Below the pieces are notes generated by a model. It was not told the DNA's origin, made no database searches, and saw nothing but the letters and a program-made list of their open reading frames with translations. A stretch of DNA of 64,000 bases. Origin: Candidatus Latescibacterota bacterium. GTDB lineage: Bacteria > Latescibacterota > UBA2968 > GCA-2709665. Every line of letters begins with the position of its first letter. Positions within the stretch are counted from its first letter, which is position 1. The stretch is from the NCBI GenBank assembly GCA_965248435.1, contig OZ252100.1, forward strand, positions 2,656,001-2,720,000. Direction: 5' to 3'. The translations under genes and the position numbers were made by a program. Shown one piece after another: positions 1-11,242 of the stretch.

Positions 1-17
1 GGCTGATGAAATAGCGA

Positions 18-38
18 GGGCGAACACAAGGTTCGCCC
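18..38. repeat. REP-like palindrome GGGCGAAC-acaag-GTTCGCCC
   Basis: Perfect 8-bp inverted repeat; same family as the palindromes at 103-123 and 4683-4707. Confidence 0.6.
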
Positions 39-73
39 GAAGACGATTTGCGATTCACGAACAAAGATTTTGA

Positions 74-170
74 GGTACCCGGTACCCGTGTTTTGATTTC
101 CCGGGGCGACCCAGCGTCGCCCCCAAACCGTAAGATCCCTGTAACCTATCTACCTATCCCGGTACCCGGC
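74..170 (+). repeat. Composite intergenic repeat: CCGGTACCCGTGTTTTGATTTCCC plus REP-like GGGGCGAC-N5-GTCGCCCC
   Basis: Near-identical composite at 4658-4704; core recurs near 31486, 58233 and 59835. Confidence 0.75.
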
Positions 171-194
171 TTTGGCGAGATAGAGAGAGACGAT

Positions 195-1427
195 CTAATA
201 TACGTATGCTGATCCTGACCAGGACCCGTTGTCATCATCTCCGTGGGCACCGACGATAAAATGCCCATCGCCAATCGACACGGCCTGTCCAAAATAGTCC
301 ATCCTCGCCGCATCAGCGGCGACCAGCTTTGCTTGGAGTGTCCATTTCCGCTCCGTCCGCCGAAAAAGATAAGCAGACCCTGTCTTCGTTCCCTTGTGAC
401 CGTTCCCTCGAGCACCGACGATGGCTCGTCCCCCGCTGATCGAGACAGAGATCCCGAAGAAGTGGTCTGACCGTCCATCCTGGGGTAGCAGCTTGCTGCG
501 CTGAATCCAGCCGCGCTTCGTTCGCTCAAAGACATAGGCCGACCCCGACCGCTTCCCGTTCTCACTATCTCCGTGAGCTCCAACGATAGCGGTACCACCG
601 CTGATGGCTACGGATTGTCCGAACACGTCGTGTGCGGTCCCATCTTTGGCCAGGAGCTTCTGCTCCAGCTCCCACCCTCCTCCAGTATACCTGAAGATAT
701 ACGCAGACCCTGACTGCTGTCTGTTGTCATCGTCTCCGTGAGACCCGACGATCGCCCTGTCTCCGCTGATCGAGACTGAATTCCCAAAGAAGTCCTGCTC
801 TTCCCTTTCATTTGGGCTCAGCACTGCCTCGACCTGCCATCCGTATTCGTCTCGTTGGAAGACAAAAGCCAATCCCGAATGAACCCCGTTGAATTCAGCC
901 TCCTTGGCTCCAACGATGGCCCTTTCTCCTTCGATGTCGACAGAACAACCGAAATAATCGTAACTGCCTCCCTCCCTGGAAACGAGTTTTTCGTCCAGAA
1001 TCCAACCCTTCTTGCTACGGTAATAAACGTAGGCGAAACCCGATTGCCTCTCCCTGCTAATCGCCCCTCGAGCGCCCACGATTGCCCAATCTCCGCTCAT
1101 CGAAACAGCGTGAGCGAACCGATCGGATTCTTTGCCGTCGATGGCGCCTAACTTCGTCTCCAGGTCCCATCCGGAGCTTGCGCGCTTGAAAATATAAGCT
1201 GATCCAGACTCGGTTCCATTGTCGTCATCTCCGTGCGCTCCGACAATAGCCCTCTCCCCGCTGATGGAAACCGCAAGACCGAAGTGGTCGCTCGAAGATC
1301 CGTCTGATGCCTTCAGCTTGTTCGTCGCAGGGAGCTGAATCTTCTTGAAAGACGGCCCGCAGCCCTCCTGCAGGAAAATACAGAAAAGGGTAATCACCCA
1401 GGTCAGGCATGCGCGCGCACTAGACAT
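195..1427 (-). CDS. FG-GAP (integrin-alpha-like) repeat beta-propeller protein, probably exported
   Basis: About 7 repeats of D.FG.SVSISG..AIVGA.GD...G..SGSAY.F; hydrophobic N-terminus ending in a weak lipobox-like LQEGC. Confidence 0.9.
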   Translation of the reverse strand: MSSARACLTWVITLFCIFLQEGCGPSFKKIQLPATNKLKASDGSSSDHFGLAVSISGERAIVGAHGDDDNGTESGSAYIFKRASSGWDLETKLGAIDGKESDRFAHAVSMSGDWAIVGARGAISRERQSGFAYVYYRSKKGWILDEKLVSREGGSYDYFGCSVDIEGERAIVGAKEAEFNGVHSGLAFVFQRDEYGWQVEAVLSPNEREEQDFFGNSVSISGDRAIVGSHGDDDNRQQSGSAYIFRYTGGGWELEQKLLAKDGTAHDVFGQSVAISGGTAIVGAHGDSENGKRSGSAYVFERTKRGWIQRSKLLPQDGRSDHFFGISVSISGGRAIVGARGNGHKGTKTGSAYLFRRTERKWTLQAKLVAADAARMDYFGQAVSIGDGHFIVGAHGDDDNGSWSGSAYVY

Positions 1428-1483
1428 TGATATGGATCCATTTCTGGCTATGCGTCAGCCGACTCTGCGACGAACGACGGCTT

Positions 1484-2947
1484 CTATGGTCCCTGAAACT
1501 GGAACGCGTAGAGCTTCGCGTCTCGCATGACGAATCGCAGTCGAACCGTGTGACCTGCCAGCCCGCCGATTTCCGATCTCCCTTGCCAGGTCACCGTTTT
1601 ATGAATTGCATTGCCCCGAAGGCCGTCCGCGTCCGATAGGGCATATCCTGGTAACGGCTTGCCGTTGGCGTCCTGGATCTCGACCTTCAGCCATCCCCCC
1701 GCGCTCCCGTCAAAATTCACCTCCAGATGATCTCCCGAGAACTCGAGGATTGGCGTGCTGAATGCCCCACCCCCGTGCTCCGCATCCAAAGAGATGAAAC
1801 CATCTCGGCGCATCGTTGAAAGAAAGAGGCCGTTCCTCCCCAGCTCGCCTCCCTTGGAACCGTGCGTGTAGGATGTGCCAACGTAGTAGAGCCAGAGTTC
1901 GTTTCCCATCGGGATCAACCAGGGGTTCGCGAAAATCATTCCGGCCTCGGCGCCTCCGTCGAAGCCTAGTCTCAAGAACGGCTTCCGCTCCCCCCTCCGC
2001 TCCCATTGAATTCCGTCCCGGCTGGTCAGCAGTTGAATGTCCATTGTTGCGGGATAGTCTTCTTCTCCCCAGTGGTAGAAGGCCGAGGGCATCATGACGT
2101 AAACATCTTCAGCATCGACATACTTCATCGCGCAGCTCGTATAATAGTCGATGTTGGGCCTGGGATCGTCTCGTTGATAGGGAACCGGAATGTTCAGATC
2201 CTCGGCATCGGCCTCTAGCACGATCTGTGTCTTGGACCAGGTCCGGAAATCGGGAGAGGCGATGCGGCCCATGGACCGGTATTTTCCCTTCCCCTCGGCC
2301 ACGGCCGCTTCCTCGAGCCGCTGTGTCTCCCGAACTCTTGTATATCCTACATATTCCCCTATCCGGTCATCCCAGAAAAGCATGTTCTGAGTATCGCACA
2401 GCTGGTCCTTGGGATTGGGTTGATCCTCGCACTCCTCCCAATGGAGTCCGTCGGGCGAACGCATGGCCCAGAGGCCCGGAAGCACGCCCGCCTCGATCTG
2501 TTTGTCCGTCGGCTGAAATTTGCTCCAGAGCTTGTAGCGTTCCTTCTCGGGTGCACGATCGTCACGGTAGACCGTCGCCCCCTGCATGCTCTGTCTCTCC
2601 TGAAGCGGTGCGACCAGATTGTTCTCCTTGGACCCTTCGTAGGAGATGAGCCCGAGTGTGGGTTTTGTCCAGTGAAGCCCGTCCTCGGATTCCGCATAGC
2701 CCAGCCGAATCGCACCCTCTTGTGGAAGCCCTGTCTTCAGCATCGCGCCATACCAGAGCCGAAACCCTCTGTCCCCTTCCTTCATCACGGTATTGTAGCT
2801 GCAAATGCCAAGCTTCTCCCAGGGCCGGTCGCCTACGAGCACGGGATCTGGGTGTTGGTGTGGCGGGTTCATGCAGAATCTGAGTCCCTCTGAGGTCTCG
2901 ACGAAACGTTCATCTATGAAAAGCTGTTTGCGCGTTCCGATGTTCAT
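1484..2947 (-). CDS. Putative five-bladed beta-propeller glycoside hydrolase-like protein (GH32/43/130-like)
   Basis: Repeated AESEDGLHW / RSPDGLHW / TSRDGIQW motifs; C-terminal LRFVMRDAKLYAFQF; ATG at 2947 with GGAGG RBS. Confidence 0.65.
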   Translation of the reverse strand: MNIGTRKQLFIDERFVETSEGLRFCMNPPHQHPDPVLVGDRPWEKLGICSYNTVMKEGDRGFRLWYGAMLKTGLPQEGAIRLGYAESEDGLHWTKPTLGLISYEGSKENNLVAPLQERQSMQGATVYRDDRAPEKERYKLWSKFQPTDKQIEAGVLPGLWAMRSPDGLHWEECEDQPNPKDQLCDTQNMLFWDDRIGEYVGYTRVRETQRLEEAAVAEGKGKYRSMGRIASPDFRTWSKTQIVLEADAEDLNIPVPYQRDDPRPNIDYYTSCAMKYVDAEDVYVMMPSAFYHWGEEDYPATMDIQLLTSRDGIQWERRGERKPFLRLGFDGGAEAGMIFANPWLIPMGNELWLYYVGTSYTHGSKGGELGRNGLFLSTMRRDGFISLDAEHGGGAFSTPILEFSGDHLEVNFDGSAGGWLKVEIQDANGKPLPGYALSDADGLRGNAIHKTVTWQGRSEIGGLAGHTVRLRFVMRDAKLYAFQFQGP

Positions 2948-3211
2948 GCAGCTACCTCCAGTCAAAGCGTCAGGGTCGTCTATTCATCTCAAGATACGTG
3001 CTCGAAGGATACCGGCAAAATGAAAATCGAAAGGCTCCAGTTCAATCCGACCACGCTGAATCGCCTGAGGAATGAATCTGCGAGACGTCGATCAACTTTT
3101 TCGGGCGAACGGTTTTCGACATTCGCTATATGCTGCGTGCACTTGACAAGCCGAGAGTCAATTCTGATATTCCAAGCCGCTGAAACACCTATCGAAGGAT
3201 GACCAGACCTT

Positions 3212-4384
3212 ATGAACCACAAAGCGGATAAGATCTTCCTGATTCACTATCACGAGATCGGGCTAAAAGGCAGAAACAGGGCACGATTCGAAGAGCAGTT
3301 GTGCCGAAATATCGAACAGGCCCTGAAGAACATCCCTCACGGCAAGCCGCGTCGTATCTCTGGCCGGCTCCTCCTCCCGATATTGCCAGATTCACCAAGA
3401 GGGGCGATTGTTGACAGTCTTCGCTGCGTCTTCGGCATCGCAAACTTCTCCGAGGCGACGGAGACCAGTTCAACAATAGAGGACATGAGAGAGACGGCGT
3501 GGGCGATCGTGCAAAAGGCCCGTTTCGACTCCTTCAAAGTCGCCACAAAACGTTCTGACAAGACCTTCCCGATGACCTCCGAGGATGTCAATCGAGATGT
3601 AGGGGCCTACATCCAGGAGCGATCCCAGGCCGACGTCAAAATGGCGCAGCCTGATCTTACCTGCTTCATCGAGCTTTCGCGGCAGGGTACGTTCATCTAT
3701 ACGGAGAAGATCCCGGGTCCCGGCGGTCTGCCCGTGGGGGTCAGCGAACGCGCCGTCTCCCTGCTCTCTTCCGGCATCGACTCACCGGTTGCCTCCTACC
3801 GAGTGATGAAGCGAGGGGTGCAGCTCGTCTTCGTCCACTTCCACAGTCAGCCATACACGGACCGCAATTCTCAGCGAAATACTGAAGAACTCGTCCGTAT
3901 CTTGACGAAGCATCAGTTCTGTTCCAGCCTGCATTTGATCGCGTTCGTCGAGATTCAGCGCCACATCATGACCCACGCGCCGCCTGCGTACAGGGTTATC
4001 CTCTACCGTCGCGCCATGCTGCGAATCTCAGAATCCATCGCATTCAAGGAAGGAGCCAACGCCCTCGTCACAGGTGAAAACGTTGGTCAGGTCGCCTCAC
4101 AGACACTTTCAAACATTCGAGCGATCGAAGAAGCCTCACAGCTCCCTGTGCTAAGACCATTGGCCGGACACAACAAGGAAGAGATCATCGCTGAAGCCAG
4201 GCAGATCGGTACCTTCGAGACGTCGATCGAACCCTACGAAGACTGCTGTTCTCTATTTGTGCCGAAGCATCCCGAAACCAAGGCGGACCTCGAAAAGGTG
4301 AAAGAGATCGAAGCCCGGCTCGACCTTGAACCCCTTATCACAAAGGCGCTGGAAGACGCAGAATCCAAGCAGTTCACCGGTTGA
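3212..4384 (+). CDS. thiI: tRNA 4-thiouridine sulfurtransferase ThiI (THUMP + PP-loop, no rhodanese domain)
   Basis: HYHEIGLKGRNR, GPGGLPVG, LSSGIDSPVA, TGENVGQVASQT, EDCC motifs. Confidence 0.95.
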   Translation: MNHKADKIFLIHYHEIGLKGRNRARFEEQLCRNIEQALKNIPHGKPRRISGRLLLPILPDSPRGAIVDSLRCVFGIANFSEATETSSTIEDMRETAWAIVQKARFDSFKVATKRSDKTFPMTSEDVNRDVGAYIQERSQADVKMAQPDLTCFIELSRQGTFIYTEKIPGPGGLPVGVSERAVSLLSSGIDSPVASYRVMKRGVQLVFVHFHSQPYTDRNSQRNTEELVRILTKHQFCSSLHLIAFVEIQRHIMTHAPPAYRVILYRRAMLRISESIAFKEGANALVTGENVGQVASQTLSNIRAIEEASQLPVLRPLAGHNKEEIIAEARQIGTFETSIEPYEDCCSLFVPKHPETKADLEKVKEIEARLDLEPLITKALEDAESKQFTG

Positions 4385-4635
4385 CCTCCTCCACCCACGC
4401 ATGTTAGATCATCCCGGCGACAATCCATCTGCTTCTTCACGAAGAAGACGGCTGCGCGCCGTCCCCGAATACAATGCTTTTCATTCCGCCATTGATTTTT
4501 GCGTTTTTAGATCTCAGAACTTGCAACTTGCTGCGGCCTATTCTGTCAGCTAAGTATGGCCGGAGAAAGGTGATCTGCACCCTTTTCCGAGATTTGGTGG
4601 CGTACCAGATTCTCTCTTCGCCTCCGCTGTGATTC

Positions 4636-4922
4636 CTGGTTTTGATTTTCCCGATCCCCGGTACCCGTGTTTTGATTCCCCCGGGGCGACGTGTGCGTCG
4701 CCCCTACACCGCCGATCTCTTATGATATCCGGTACCCGGTTTTTCTCTTGGCCCTCTGCGTCTCTGCGGTGGTTTCTTCCATCCATCCCCGATCCACGGA
4801 TTTCACGCGCTCGTCATTCCGCAATCGTAAATCCGTAATTTCCACCCCACCCGTGTTTTGTTCTCCCGGTACCCGTTCTTTGCTTTCCCGGTACCCGTGT
4901 TTCTCTCTGCGTCTCCGCGGTC
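4636..4922 (+). repeat. Cluster of intergenic repeats (4 GGTACCCG units, a GTAG-type REP at 4683-4707, CTCTGCGTCTC(T/C)GCGG x2, heptamer run)
   Basis: Directly visible between convergent thiI and lysR genes. Confidence 0.75.
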
Positions 4923-4944
4923 GAATTTTCTTCTTGTGTCGAGA

Positions 4945-5865
4945 TCAATTCTCAAACCCGCGCTTCATCCACGCCTCCTTCCCGCCGTATCTCTCAAAAA
5001 TGGCCTCCATCAGGTAGCGCACAGCAGGACTGAAGTAACGTTTGGATCGCCAGGCAACGCCCACCTCCCGATTGAAATTCATGCCCTCCACATCAACCAC
5101 CTTCAGCGCGCCGGTCTTTACCGACTCCTCGACCGTCAGGAATGGGAGGAATGAGATCCCGACACCCGCCTCAACCAGTTTACGCATAGCCTCCGGACTG
5201 CCCATCTCCATCATCACGCCAGGCGATACGCCTGCTTCCGCGAATCCTTCATCCAGGATCTTCCTGGACACTGAATCTGCTTGAAAGAGGATGAGAGGAT
5301 GCTCCATCACTTCTGTCAATGATACCGATCCGCTATCGACAAGGGGATGAGTGGGTCCCACAACCAGTGGCATCGAATCCCGATAAATCTGCAAGGTCTG
5401 CAGAGCCGAGTGACTCACGGGCAAGGTCACCAGGGCGAATTCCGATCGGCCCATGAGAACGTCGTCCACCAGGGATTTCGAGGGAGCAACGTGCACGGAA
5501 AGCTCCACGCCAGGGTACTCCCTCGTGTAGCCTCTCAGGATCTCGGGAAGAAGATAGGTCACCGCCGCATCCGTCGCCCCAAACTGAAACCGCTCGCCGG
5601 GGAGAACTTCCCCACGCTTCAGTCGATCTTCGGCCTCGGCCACGAGGTCCTGGATCTGCATCGCATAATTGACCATTTCCCTTCCTTCCATGGTCAGGGC
5701 GACCTGCCGGCTCCCACGATTGAACAGCTTGACCCCCAGCGCCCGTTCTAACTCCATAACCCCGCTGCTGACAGTGGGCTGGGTCACCCCCTCCTGACCG
5801 GCCGCGCGACTGAAGCTGCCGGTACTCGCCACCGTTAGAAAGTATCTGAGATGATTCAAGTTCAT
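4945..5865 (-). CDS. LysR-family transcriptional regulator
   Basis: N-terminal HTH MNLNHLRYF...GSFSRAA...VTQPTVS...LE..LGVKLFNR; AAGGAG RBS before ATG at 5865. Confidence 0.95.
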   Translation of the reverse strand: MNLNHLRYFLTVASTGSFSRAAGQEGVTQPTVSSGVMELERALGVKLFNRGSRQVALTMEGREMVNYAMQIQDLVAEAEDRLKRGEVLPGERFQFGATDAAVTYLLPEILRGYTREYPGVELSVHVAPSKSLVDDVLMGRSEFALVTLPVSHSALQTLQIYRDSMPLVVGPTHPLVDSGSVSLTEVMEHPLILFQADSVSRKILDEGFAEAGVSPGVMMEMGSPEAMRKLVEAGVGISFLPFLTVEESVKTGALKVVDVEGMNFNREVGVAWRSKRYFSPAVRYLMEAIFERYGGKEAWMKRGFEN

Positions 5866-5921
5866 CGGCTTCTCCTTCATTCAACGCCAGGAGTGCGGTT
5901 TCATCTTGCGCCAAAGAACAG

Positions 5922-5938
5922 TATAGATAAAATCTATA
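5922..5938. promoter_or_regulatory. Probable LysR recognition site ATAG-N7-CTAT (T-N11-A) in the AT-rich lysR/ino1 divergent promoter
   Basis: TATAGATAAAATCTATA dyad about 60-70 bp upstream of the lysR start. Confidence 0.6.
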
Positions 5939-6037
5939 AATAACATAGTAATAATTTATTTGATTTATGAACAAAAAGTGATATTTTCTTACCTGAATAG
6001 GGCATCGTCCTTTTAACGTCTCGTTTAGGAGCCATCC

Positions 6038-7117
<1,080 letters not shown>

Positions 7118-7142
7118 ATCGCATACGGGCTACGAAGCTGAA

Positions 7143-7177
7143 GCGCAGAACTCCGGCGGGAGGTCTGCGCTTTTTTT
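7143..7177 (+). terminator. Rho-independent terminator after ino1
   Basis: GCGCAGA.CTCC-loop-GGAG.TCTGCGC followed by T7. Confidence 0.85.
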
Positions 7178-7185
7178 GTCCACCG

Positions 7186-7227
7186 TGTGACGTGAGTCAC
7201 CACGTCGCCTGCTAAATTTCTTATATT
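7186..7227 (+). promoter_or_regulatory. CRP/FNR-like site TGTGA-N6-TCACC (7186-7201) with -10-like TATATT (7222-7227)
   Basis: 9/10 match to the CRP consensus, centred about 41 bp upstream of the implied start site (class II geometry). Confidence 0.5.
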
Positions 7228-7262
7228 TGTATTACCTTCAAATACTTAATTGAGGAATCTAC

Positions 7263-7397
7263 TTGGGCTCCTTAGCCAAAACCATCACTGGAATCCTGAC
7301 GCTGGGCATGACCCTGCTCCTCGCGATATTCCTCTGGTCCTCCAGCCGCGCCCATTCAGAATGGCCCAGACAGGGCGAATTTGAGCAGCAGGCCTGA
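7263..7397 (+). CDS. Small (44 aa) single-TM protein MGSLAKTITGILTLGMTLLLAIFLWSSSRAHSEWPRQGEFEQQA
   Basis: TTG start with GAGGA RBS; hydrophobic helix; candidate promoter upstream and terminator immediately downstream; below the ORF-track cutoff. Confidence 0.55.
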   Translation: MGSLAKTITGILTLGMTLLLAIFLWSSSRAHSEWPRQGEFEQQA

Positions 7398-7400
7398 AAT

Positions 7401-7434
7401 AAGGGCGGTCCGATATCGATCGGGCCGCCCTTTT
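7401..7434 (+). terminator. Terminator hairpin
   Basis: AAGGGCGGTCCGAT / ATCGGGCCGCCCTT followed by TT. Confidence 0.75.
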
Positions 7435-7539
7435 ACGTTGTTCCCCTCCGTTCTTCTATCCTCATCATTCGATTCTATCTGCATCCTCTGCTTCTCTGCT
7501 CTACGACTTGCTTCGATCCGCTACGACGATCCATCGCTT

Positions 7540-8562
7540 TTAGATGCCCAATTCCTTCGAATAAGCAAAGACCGCCGGCGTCCCTCCTGTGTGCAGGAAG
7601 ATGACGGTTTCCTCTCGACCGATGGTTCCCTTCCTTGAAAGATCGATCAGCCCGGCCAGGGCCTTGGCCGAGTAGATCGGATCCAGCAGAACCCCTTCCA
7701 TCGTGGCCATCAGCCGAAGGGCCTCATTCCCTTCATCGGATGGGCAGCCATAACCATCCGGCCCGATGTAGCCATCCAGGTTGACAATCTCATCAGATGA
7801 AAACGAAACGTCCGCACCGAGTTCTTCGGCAGTTCGGCTGAGCACGCCGAGAAACGCTTCCTTCAGGTCATACGACCAGACCATCGGCGTCACCCCGACG
7901 ATCCCGATTCCGAGCCCCATCATCTTGTTCCCGAACATCAGCCCGGGTTGTGTCGTGCTTCCCGAACAGACCACCAGCCGATCCACTTTTTCTCCCATCT
8001 CCGCAAGCTGATCAGCGATCTCCGCCAGACAGAGGGCGAAGCCCATCGCCCCGAAAGGCCTCGTCTCAGGCCGCATAACGATAAAGGGAGTTCGCCCATC
8101 GGCCCTGAGCCGATCGTGCAGATCCTGCTTTGCATCTGTCAGAAGCTCCTGAGACTCGACCTCCACCATCTCCACGGACGCACCCAGTAGATCGATCAAC
8201 AGTCGGTTTCCCTGGATCTGTTCACCCATATGGTCGTTGACCAACACCAGGGCGCAGTCCAGCCCAAGCTTCGCCGCGGCGGCAGCGAGCTGCCTGCAGT
8301 GATTGGACTGTGAGCCCGCCCCGCCAATCACCACATCCGCTCCGCGGGCCACCGCCTGGCCGACCGTAAACTCCAGGATGCGGGTCTTGTTTCCACCGAA
8401 GGCGAGCCCTGTAGAATCATCCCGCTTGATGAATATGCGTGGACCGCCAACGGCCTCACTCAGTCGGGGGCAGAATTCTAATGGTGTCGGGAACTGGCCC
8501 AGGGAGACCCTGGGAATCGGCGAGATCAGGTCTCGAAGTTCTCTGCTGCTTAGCTCAGGCAT
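7540..8562 (-). CDS. D-cysteine desulfhydrase / ACC deaminase family PLP enzyme
   Basis: PTPLE, IKRDDSTGLAFGGNKTR, QSNH, LDPIYSAKA, FLHTGG motifs. Confidence 0.9.
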   Translation of the reverse strand: MPELSSRELRDLISPIPRVSLGQFPTPLEFCPRLSEAVGGPRIFIKRDDSTGLAFGGNKTRILEFTVGQAVARGADVVIGGAGSQSNHCRQLAAAAAKLGLDCALVLVNDHMGEQIQGNRLLIDLLGASVEMVEVESQELLTDAKQDLHDRLRADGRTPFIVMRPETRPFGAMGFALCLAEIADQLAEMGEKVDRLVVCSGSTTQPGLMFGNKMMGLGIGIVGVTPMVWSYDLKEAFLGVLSRTAEELGADVSFSSDEIVNLDGYIGPDGYGCPSDEGNEALRLMATMEGVLLDPIYSAKALAGLIDLSRKGTIGREETVIFLHTGGTPAVFAYSKELGI

Positions 8563-8864
8563 AAGGCCCCTCTTCTCCCTATTGCGAATCTGAATAGAAA
8601 CAAAAAAAGTCCAACGCAGGCAAAGGAAAAATTACCAAAGATGTGGGCTCTCAGGTTAACCTGTCAGAGTGGTCCTTCTAGCAAGTCTTGCGTCGCTCGT
8701 GGCCTACTTTCGTGTTGATTCGTGATGCTTCGTGCCCTTTCGTGATCCAGCGTTTCGCACAACAGACCGCGATCCACGGCCTTTACTCTTGCGCCTAATT
8801 CAATGTTTCCGTATTGATAGCATCACGAAATTTGCTAAAGAACTCCGAAACGGTTGGGCGACCT

Positions 8865-9650
8865 ATGCTAGAAATAGATCTGTCCGTCCCGGATGGTTTT
8901 TGGCCCGAAGACATTACCGGGGTCGTTTCTCTCACCTTCGATGACGGTCTCCAGACACAGCTGGACAATGCCATCCCCTGTCTGGACGACAACGGGCTGA
9001 AGGGCACGTTCTACCTGAACCCCGGCCTGGACATTTCCTGGGACCAGCAGATTCCAGACTGGCAAGAGGCGAGTCACAACGGCCACGAGATCGGCAATCA
9101 CACCTCGCAGCATCCATGCGCCTGCAATTTCGGGTTTCGCCCAGACGGCTACTGTCTGGAAAACCTGGCCCTTTCCGACATCGAAAAGACGATCGACGAA
9201 GCTGAGGAGGCCCTGAACGGGCTCTTTCCGGAGCAGGCCGGCGTTCGAAGCTTCTGCTATCCCTGCTACGAGTCATACATTGGCGCAGGGGCAAACCGGC
9301 AGTCATACGTCCCTCTGGTCGCCAGACGCTTCAAGGTCGCCAGGGGCCACGGATTTCGACCCAACAGACCCCAGATGACCCAACTCACCTACGTCCAGTC
9401 CTGGGCAGTCGGCGACACGAGCGGTGAGGAAATGATCTCCTACGTACGCGAGATCGCAGAAGGGGGACTCTGGGGCGTCATCTGCGTGCACGGCGTAGGC
9501 GGGGAACACCGTCCGATCGAGACGCACGCCCTCCAGGAACTTGCCCGGTTCCTAGGCCAGAATCGGCAGCGCATCTGGACCGACACGATGATCAACATCG
9601 CGGAATACATCCTCGAGCGCCGCAGGGCAATGGCCTCAGAATCCGGATAG
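8865..9650 (+). CDS. Polysaccharide deacetylase (CE4/NodB) family protein
   Basis: SLTFDDG, GHEIGNHT..H, FCYP motifs; start could also be 8814. Confidence 0.88.
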   Translation: MLEIDLSVPDGFWPEDITGVVSLTFDDGLQTQLDNAIPCLDDNGLKGTFYLNPGLDISWDQQIPDWQEASHNGHEIGNHTSQHPCACNFGFRPDGYCLENLALSDIEKTIDEAEEALNGLFPEQAGVRSFCYPCYESYIGAGANRQSYVPLVARRFKVARGHGFRPNRPQMTQLTYVQSWAVGDTSGEEMISYVREIAEGGLWGVICVHGVGGEHRPIETHALQELARFLGQNRQRIWTDTMINIAEYILERRRAMASESG

Positions 9651-9697
9651 AGTGGCGTGCTCATCAAGAATAACCTGTGTGAGGAGGGAGCAGGAAT

Positions 9698-10540
9698 ATG
9701 GTCCCCATCGTAGACATCCCCGAGTTAAATGGTGAAAAGCCTGCCGAAACGCAGCTTGCAGAGTGGGAGGCTCAACTCTGGGACAGGGGCTACCTGGTGA
9801 TTCCGAAGGCGCTGCCCCAACCTGCCGTCTCCCATTATCTGGACCGCATCAAATCGTTCCCGCCGCCCTACCGGGCACCCACCACCGCATCGAACGCACC
9901 GAGGCCGGGAAACATACCTACCGGAGCTGCCAGGGTAAGGCTCAGGCTTTTCGAGCACGGGATGGATTTCGTTCACCTCCTTGAGAATGAGCCTGTCTTT
10001 TCGCTCATGGAGCGGATCCTGGGAAGCAAAATGCATATCATATCTCTGCAAGCACATTGCATGTCCCGCGGAAATGAGATCACGACGATTCATCCTGATG
10101 AGCTCTATCTGGAACGTCCCGAAAATGTGTCAGATGATGTGGAGTATCCCCCGATCATCAACACCATCAACTGTCACTATTACCTCGTTGATGTTCCTGA
10201 GGAACTGGGACCCACCTGCGTTGTGCCAGGAAGCCACCGCGCCTGTCGAGACATTCGGCCCGAAGATGGGGATCCCCCTCGCTGGCGGGGAGAGGGCCCG
10301 GTACTACTGACTGTCGAAGCCGGTGACTGTGTCATCTACAGCAATCAGGCCTGGCACGCCGGAAGTGAAAACCGAACCGACCAGACGCGGTATGCTGTCG
10401 TTCCAGCTTACTCTCGACGCTTCGTTGCCCAGCGCTTCTGGCCGTTCCTCAACTACAACCTTTCGCGCGACATCCTGGACCAGTGCACCCCCCGACAACG
10501 CGAGCTCCTGGGCGAACATCAGCGCGGAGCATACGGATAG
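9698..10540 (+). CDS. Phytanoyl-CoA dioxygenase (PhyH) family 2OG-Fe(II) oxygenase
   Basis: HPD metal motif, GPTCVVPGSH, AGDCVI...WHAG, distal R; GAGGAG RBS. Confidence 0.9.
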   Translation: MVPIVDIPELNGEKPAETQLAEWEAQLWDRGYLVIPKALPQPAVSHYLDRIKSFPPPYRAPTTASNAPRPGNIPTGAARVRLRLFEHGMDFVHLLENEPVFSLMERILGSKMHIISLQAHCMSRGNEITTIHPDELYLERPENVSDDVEYPPIINTINCHYYLVDVPEELGPTCVVPGSHRACRDIRPEDGDPPRWRGEGPVLLTVEAGDCVIYSNQAWHAGSENRTDQTRYAVVPAYSRRFVAQRFWPFLNYNLSRDILDQCTPRQRELLGEHQRGAYG

Positions 10541-10544
10541 ACCT

Positions 10545-11039
10545 TTGCCAGATCCTCCTCTCATCGGGGTCATCTCAGACACGCACGGCCTTCTGCGCCC
10601 CGAAGCGATCAACGCCCTCGGGGATGCCGATCTGATCGTCCACGCAGGAGATGTCGGAAATCCGGGCATCCTTGATGCGCTGCGGGCAATCGCCCCGGTC
10701 TTTGCCATCCGCGGAAACGTCGACGGCGGGGAGTGGGCGCGGGACCTCCCCAAAACAGAAGTCGTCGAAGTCGGCACTGTCAAACTCTACGTCATCCACG
10801 ATGTGAACGAGCTCGACCTCTCTCCAGAAGCGGCAGGGTTCGATGCCGTGATCAGCGGACATTCGCACAGCCCATCGGTGGTGAAACGCGATGGGGTCCT
10901 CTTTCTGAATCCCGGCAGTGCCGGGCCCAGACGATTCAAGCTTCCCGTAACCATTGCACGGATGCAGGTTCGCGGGGAATCTCTGGAGGCACAACTCGTG
11001 GAACTGGACCTTGAGGCAACGCCTTCCCGGTCCTACTGA
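10545..11039 (+). CDS. YfcE/MJ0936-type metallophosphoesterase
   Basis: ISDTHG, HAGD, RGNVD, GHSH, NPGS motifs; TTG start inferred (the track ORF from 10323 overlaps phyH). Confidence 0.88.
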   Translation: MPDPPLIGVISDTHGLLRPEAINALGDADLIVHAGDVGNPGILDALRAIAPVFAIRGNVDGGEWARDLPKTEVVEVGTVKLYVIHDVNELDLSPEAAGFDAVISGHSHSPSVVKRDGVLFLNPGSAGPRRFKLPVTIARMQVRGESLEAQLVELDLEATPSRSY

Positions 11040-11086
11040 TCGCGGTCGCACGCTTCTGACGATACGGTGAGACATGAAACAATTCT

Positions 11087-11118
11087 GGCCCGGAGACGAA
11101 ATCTCCGGGCCTTCTGTT
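11087..11118. terminator. Hairpin between convergent genes
   Basis: GGCCCGGAGA-cgaaa-TCTCCGGGCC. Confidence 0.55.
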
Positions 11119-11242
11119 ATGCTAAATCCGTAATCTCGTACCTCGTGGAAAGTATCTCGCAGGTCACGAATTCAGCGAAATCAAGGGACTGGCAAGATGA
11201 CAAGGCCCCGAGATACGAGATACCAGATACGAGACACGGCTT

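Noticed and set aside
4636-4922. Possible CRISPR array
   Set aside because: The repeats are short, degenerate and irregularly spaced; there are no cas genes; the same motif is dispersed elsewhere.
8652-8663. Palindrome CAGGTTAACCTG in a divergent intergenic region
   Set aside because: A single 12-bp palindrome with no second copy or adjacent regulator; could be chance.
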